NCBI GenBank assembly: GCA_965205945.1
Contig: CBDBIB010000001.1
Location: 224,001 to 288,000 of the forward strand
Length of the DNA: 64,000 nt
Direction of reading: 5' to 3'
Source: Bdellovibrionales bacterium
GTDB lineage: Bacteria > Bdellovibrionota > Bdellovibrionia > Bdellovibrionales > UBA1609
Each line of letters opens with the position of its first letter. The first letter of the stretch is position 1. Below the pieces are notes generated by a model. It made no database searches and was not told the origin of the DNA. It saw only the letters and a program-made list of their open reading frames with translations. Made by a program: the position numbers and the translations under genes. Below are positions 60,081-64,000 of the stretch, in pieces.

Positions 60081-63000
60081 TCATCTACTCAAAATATTTG
60101 TCCACACTGTCCCATCGCAAAGCTCCATTTTTTTTCCTAAAGAATTATACCTTAAAGTACCCTCAATTAAACTGTCACAAGAGGTTGTAACTGTTCCAAC
60201 TTTTTTTAAAAATGTAATAGTAGATGTACTAATAGATCCTGGAGTAGAAATGCTTCCAGAGACAGAAACATCACCATTATTGTTAATAGTGATTCCTTCA
60301 TTATCACCGTCTCCACTTAAATAATTTTGGTTAAGATTTATATTTAATCGAGCCCTGCCATCTCCCATATTATCAGCACTGCTTGGTAAGTTTATAAGCC
60401 GACTTCCATCAACAGCAGGCAGTCTTAAAGAGCTATCAAGCTTAATAAGCTGATTGCTCCCTGTGCCAACATCTAATCTAGCTGTGCTAATGGTTCCTGA
60501 AGTGATCTTTTCTCCATTTAAATCTGGTATATCAGATTTTAATAAACTTAAAACATCAACCACTCTTCCTTTAACATCAACTCTAACTTTTGGGTACGCC
60601 CCTTGGGTTACACCCGTTGGTATAAGACTAGGGTTTGGGTAGGTTCCTGTAAGATCCCCTTGAGCCTGGCTTCCTAAAAGACTTGTGTTTTGATCAACTT
60701 CACATGACCAGGAATAAATAGGGCCATTACTCATTTGAAGTTTTTCATTGCTTTCACAACTAGGCACTCCACCAGCATCCATTGCGTTGCCTCGACTTTT
60801 TCCTAAAGAGGCTTTTAAATAACCGTTTAAAAAGTTTGAATGTGTTATTTTTTTAAGACCACTTTGAGAAACATCATACATTAAAACACTGTCTAAAGAA
60901 TCAGCCGTAGTTTTTTCTGTAGTTTTGTTAATGTCTACACTTAAACTTCTATCAGTTGATAAATCTCCGCCTCCACTTAATCCACTGTTTAAAGCCGTTC
61001 TAATAGTTCTAGTTATTGGAGCTTTTCTAGATTCAAGTTCATTAAGTGCACCTTCTACATCTGTAGCCTGAATGTTTCCAAATGGAGTGTAGGTCACTGT
61101 GTTTGCCGCTAGACTTGCTAAACTCCAACCTTCAGACACATCCTTACAATTTGCTCCTCTTTCATCACAAATTTGTGTTATTCTTGCTGTTCCAGCAACG
61201 TCTAATAAAGCCTCAGGACTAGCCTTACCAACTCCAACCCTTCCACTAGCATCAATAATAATTCCCTCATTATCACCGTCTCCACTTAAATAATTTTGGT
61301 TAAGATTTATATTTAATCGAGCTACGCTATCTCCCATATTATCAGCACTACTTGGTAAGTTTATAAGCCGACTTCCATCAACAGCAGGCAGTCTTAAAGA
61401 GCTATCAAGCTTAATAAGCTGATTGCTCCCTGTGCCAACATCTAATCTAGCTGTGCTAATGGTTCCTGAAGTGATCTTTTCTCCATTTAAATCTGGTATA
61501 TCAGATTTTAATAAACTTAAACCCTCAACCACTCTTCCTTTAACATCAACTCTAACTTTTGGGTACGCCCCTTGGGTTACACCCGTTGGTGTAAGACTAG
61601 GGTTTGGGTAGGTTCCTGTAAGATCCCCTTGAGCCTGGCTTCCTAAAAGACTTGTGTTTTGATCAACTTCACATGACCAGGAATAAATAGGGCCATTACT
61701 CATTTGAAGTTTTTCATTAGTTTCACAACTAGGCACTCCACCAGCATCCATTGCGTTGCCTGCATTTTTTCCTAAAGAGGCTTTTAAATAACCGTTTAAA
61801 AAGTTTGAATGTGTTATTTTTTTAAGACTACTTTGAGAAACATCATATATTAAAACACTGTCTAAAGAATCAGCCGTAGTTTTTTCTGTAGTTTTGTTAA
61901 TGTCTACACTTAAACTTCTATCAGTCGATAAATCTCCACCTCCACTTAATCCACTGTTTAAAGCCGTTGTAATAGTTCTAGTTATTGGAGCTTTTCTAGA
62001 TTCAAGTTCATTAAGTGCACCTTCTACATCTGTAGCCTGAATGTTTCCAAATGGAGTGTAGGTCACCGTGTTTGCCGCCAGACTTGCTAAACTCCAACCT
62101 TCAGACACATCCTTACAATTTGCTCCTCTTTCATCACAAATTTGTGTTATTCTTGCTGTTCCAGCAACGTCTAATAAAGCCTCAGGACTAGCCTTACCAA
62201 CTCCAACCCTTCCATTAGCATCAATAATAATTCCCTCATTATCACCGTCTCCACTTAAATAATTTTGGTTAAGATTTATATTTAATCGAGCTATACCATC
62301 TCCCATATTATCAGCACTGCTTGGTAAGTTTATAAGCCGACTTCCATCAACAGCAGGCAGTCTTAAAGAGCTATCAAGCTTAATAAGCTGATTACTCCCT
62401 GTGCCAACATCTAATCTAGCTGTGCTAATGGTTCCTGAAGTGATCTTTTCTCCATTTAAATCTGGTATATCAGATTTTAATAAACTTAAACCCTCAACCA
62501 CTCTTCCTTTAACATCAACTCTAACTTTTGGGTACGTCCCTTGGGTTACACCCGTTGGTGTAAGACTAGGGTTTGGGTAGGTTCCTGTAAGATCCCCTTG
62601 AGCCTGGCTTCCTAAAAGACTTGTGTTTTGATCAACTTCACATGACCAGGAATAAATAGGGCCATTACTCATTTGAAGTTTTTCATTGCTTTCACAACTA
62701 GGCACCCCACCAGCATCCATTGCGTTGCCTCGACTTGTGCCTAAAGAAGCTTTTAAATAACCGTTTAAAAAGTTTGAATGTGTTATTTTTTTAAGACCAC
62801 TTTGAGAAACATCATACATTAAAACACTGTCTAAAGAATCAGCCGTAGTTTTTTCTGTAGTTCCGTTAATGTCTACACTTAAACTTCTATTAGTTGATAA
62901 ATCTCCACCTCCACTTAATCCACTGTTTAAAGCCGTTCTAATAGTTCTAGTTATTGGAGCTTTTCTAGATTCAAGTTCATTAAGTGCACCTTCTACATCT

Positions 63001-64000
63001 GTAGCCTGAATGTTTCCAAATGGAGTGTAGGTCACCGTGTTTGCCGCTAGACTTGCTAAACTCCAACCTTCAGACACATCCTTACAATTTGCTCCTCTTT
63101 CATCACAAATTTGTGTTATTCTTGCTGTTCCAGCAACGTCTAATAAAGCCTCAGGACTAGCCTTACCAACTCCAACCCTTCCACTAGCATCAATAATAAT
63201 TCCCTCATTATCACCGTCTCCACTTAAATAATTTTGGTTAAGATTTATATTTAATCGAGCTATACCATCTCCCATATTATCAGCACTGCTTGGTAAGTTT
63301 ATAAGCCGACTTCCATCAACAGCAGGCAGTCTTAAAGAGCTATCAAGCTTAATAAGCTGATTGCTCCCTGTGCCAACATCTAATCTAGCTGTGCTAATGA
63401 TTCCTGAAGTGATCTTTTCTCCATTTAAATCTGGTATATCAGATTTTAATAAACTTAAACCCTCAACCACTCTTCCTTTAACATCAACTCTAACTTTTGG
63501 GTACGTCCCTTGGGTTACACCCGTTGGTATAAGACTAGGGTTTGGGTAGGTTCCTGTAAGATCCCCTTGAGCCTGGCTTCCTAAAAGACTTGTGTCTGTG
63601 TCTGTATCAATATCAGCCACGCAAGAATAGCTTATTATAGCACCAGGGTTTCGTTGAATCTTTTCCCCACTAGTACACACAGGAAGAGTGTCCACTTGCA
63701 TGAGCTGTCCTAAACCACTTCCTATATCTGCTTCTAAACCCCTTGGCGTAATTTTTAAACCACTTCCTACTTTTACTTTTAATTTATTTATATTAAACTC
63801 TAAACCCCCAGAAGAATCTAAATCTAAATCTATGTTTCCACTGTTGTTGTATAAACCCCTACCAAGGTTGATGCTTATTGTTGGGTTGCTACCACCTGAA
63901 GAGGTTAAAGGAGCATTGACTAAAACACTTGATGCACTACTTAAGGTGCTTAAAACTTCTAAGCTAACACCATTCCAATACTTAAGCGCTCCAGAGTCAC
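60081..64000 (-). CDS. Large phage-tail-fibre-like adhesin (5' end outside window)
   Basis: Frame stays open from 63701 to the window end (DSGALKYWNG..VNAPLTSSGGSNPTISI). Motifs GDLTGTYPNP, GTYPKVRVDVKGRV, GRVGVGKASP..LDVAG and EGTLRYN..MELCDG. Confidence 0.88.
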   Translation of the reverse strand, partial: DSGALKYWNGVSLEVLSTLSSASSVLVNAPLTSSGGSNPTISINLGRGLYNNSGNIDLDLDSSGGLEFNINKLKVKVGSGLKITPRGLEADIGSGLGQLMQVDTLPVCTSGEKIQRNPGAIISYSCVADIDTDTDTSLLGSQAQGDLTGTYPNPSLIPTGVTQGTYPKVRVDVKGRVVEGLSLLKSDIPDLNGEKITSGIISTARLDVGTGSNQLIKLDSSLRLPAVDGSRLINLPSSADNMGDGIARLNINLNQNYLSGDGDNEGIIIDASGRVGVGKASPEALLDVAGTARITQICDERGANCKDVSEGWSLASLAANTVTYTPFGNIQATDVEGALNELESRKAPITRTIRTALNSGLSGGGDLSTNRSLSVDINGTTEKTTADSLDSVLMYDVSQSGLKKITHSNFLNGYLKASLGTSRGNAMDAGGVPSCESNEKLQMSNGPIYSWSCEVDQNTSLLGSQAQGDLTGTYPNPSLTPTGVTQGTYPKVRVDVKGRVVEGLSLLKSDIPDLNGEKITSGTISTARLDVGTGSNQLIKLDSSLRLPAVDGSRLINLPSSADNMGDGIARLNINLNQNYLSGDGDNEGIIIDANGRVGVGKASPEALLDVAGTARITQICDERGANCKDVSEGWSLASLAANTVTYTPFGNIQATDVEGALNELESRKAPITRTITTALNSGLSGGGDLSTDRSLSVDINKTTEKTTADSLDSVLIYDVSQSSLKKITHSNFLNGYLKASLGKNAGNAMDAGGVPSCETNEKLQMSNGPIYSWSCEVDQNTSLLGSQAQGDLTGTYPNPSLTPTGVTQGAYPKVRVDVKGRVVEGLSLLKSDIPDLNGEKITSGTISTARLDVGTGSNQLIKLDSSLRLPAVDGSRLINLPSSADNMGDSVARLNINLNQNYLSGDGDNEGIIIDASGRVGVGKASPEALLDVAGTARITQICDERGANCKDVSEGWSLASLAANTVTYTPFGNIQATDVEGALNELESRKAPITRTIRTALNSGLSGGGDLSTDRSLSVDINKTTEKTTADSLDSVLMYDVSQSGLKKITHSNFLNGYLKASLGKSRGNAMDAGGVPSCESNEKLQMSNGPIYSWSCEVDQNTSLLGSQAQGDLTGTYPNPSLIPTGVTQGAYPKVRVDVKGRVVDVLSLLKSDIPDLNGEKITSGTISTARLDVGTGSNQLIKLDSSLRLPAVDGSRLINLPSSADNMGDGRARLNINLNQNYLSGDGDNEGITINNNGDVSVSGSISTPGSISTSTITFLKKVGTVTTSCDSLIEGTLRYNSLGKKMELCDGTVWTNILSR
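60292..63595 (-). repeat. 969-bp (323-aa) coding tandem repeat, about 3.4 copies
   Basis: The same sequence recurs at a 969-nt period (e.g. 61099, 62068, 63037) with only scattered substitutions. Confidence 0.97.

Noticed and set aside
60454..63549. Six short plus-strand ORFs recurring at 969-nt spacing
   Set aside because: Antisense shadows of the fibre repeat.

Overview
AT-rich bacterial chromosome segment, probably from a Bdellovibrionota-like organism. This is inferred from the NadD-RsfS fusion, the phage-tail-fibre-like adhesin, a PocR/sigma-54 activator and sigma-28-type promoters. Most of the window is intact housekeeping DNA: acuI-like reductase, M16 and S8 peptidases, ETF-QO, nfuA-like, pdxH, FKBP, ctaA-like, msrAB, asnS, acyl-CoA carboxylase, pfkA, a DUF2520-panB-panC-coaBC-coaX operon, rplU-rpmA-obgE-nadD/rsfS-rlmH-comF-lolA, an ABC exporter, uvrA and PBP1A. 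Four accessory patches interrupt it. (1) A decayed island at the 3' end of tRNA-Ala(GGC), 1-4115. (2) A diverged, inverted sister remnant at about 33560-36250. Both share the module unknown ORF + conserved hairpin + autoregulated RelE-type toxin/HTH antitoxin + one variable cargo gene (trypsin-like protease versus DUF4238-like), and each carries a copy of the same IS3. (3) An IS-flanked BspA/DUF285-type LRR lipoprotein whose sixteen 75-bp units vary only non-synonymously at a few fixed codons. (4) A fibre gene with 3.4 copies of a 969-bp repeat whose former DUF1566-like tip lies pseudogenised just downstream. No CRISPR array, rRNA or reverse transcriptase was seen. Family assignments are by eye from motifs; no database search was run.
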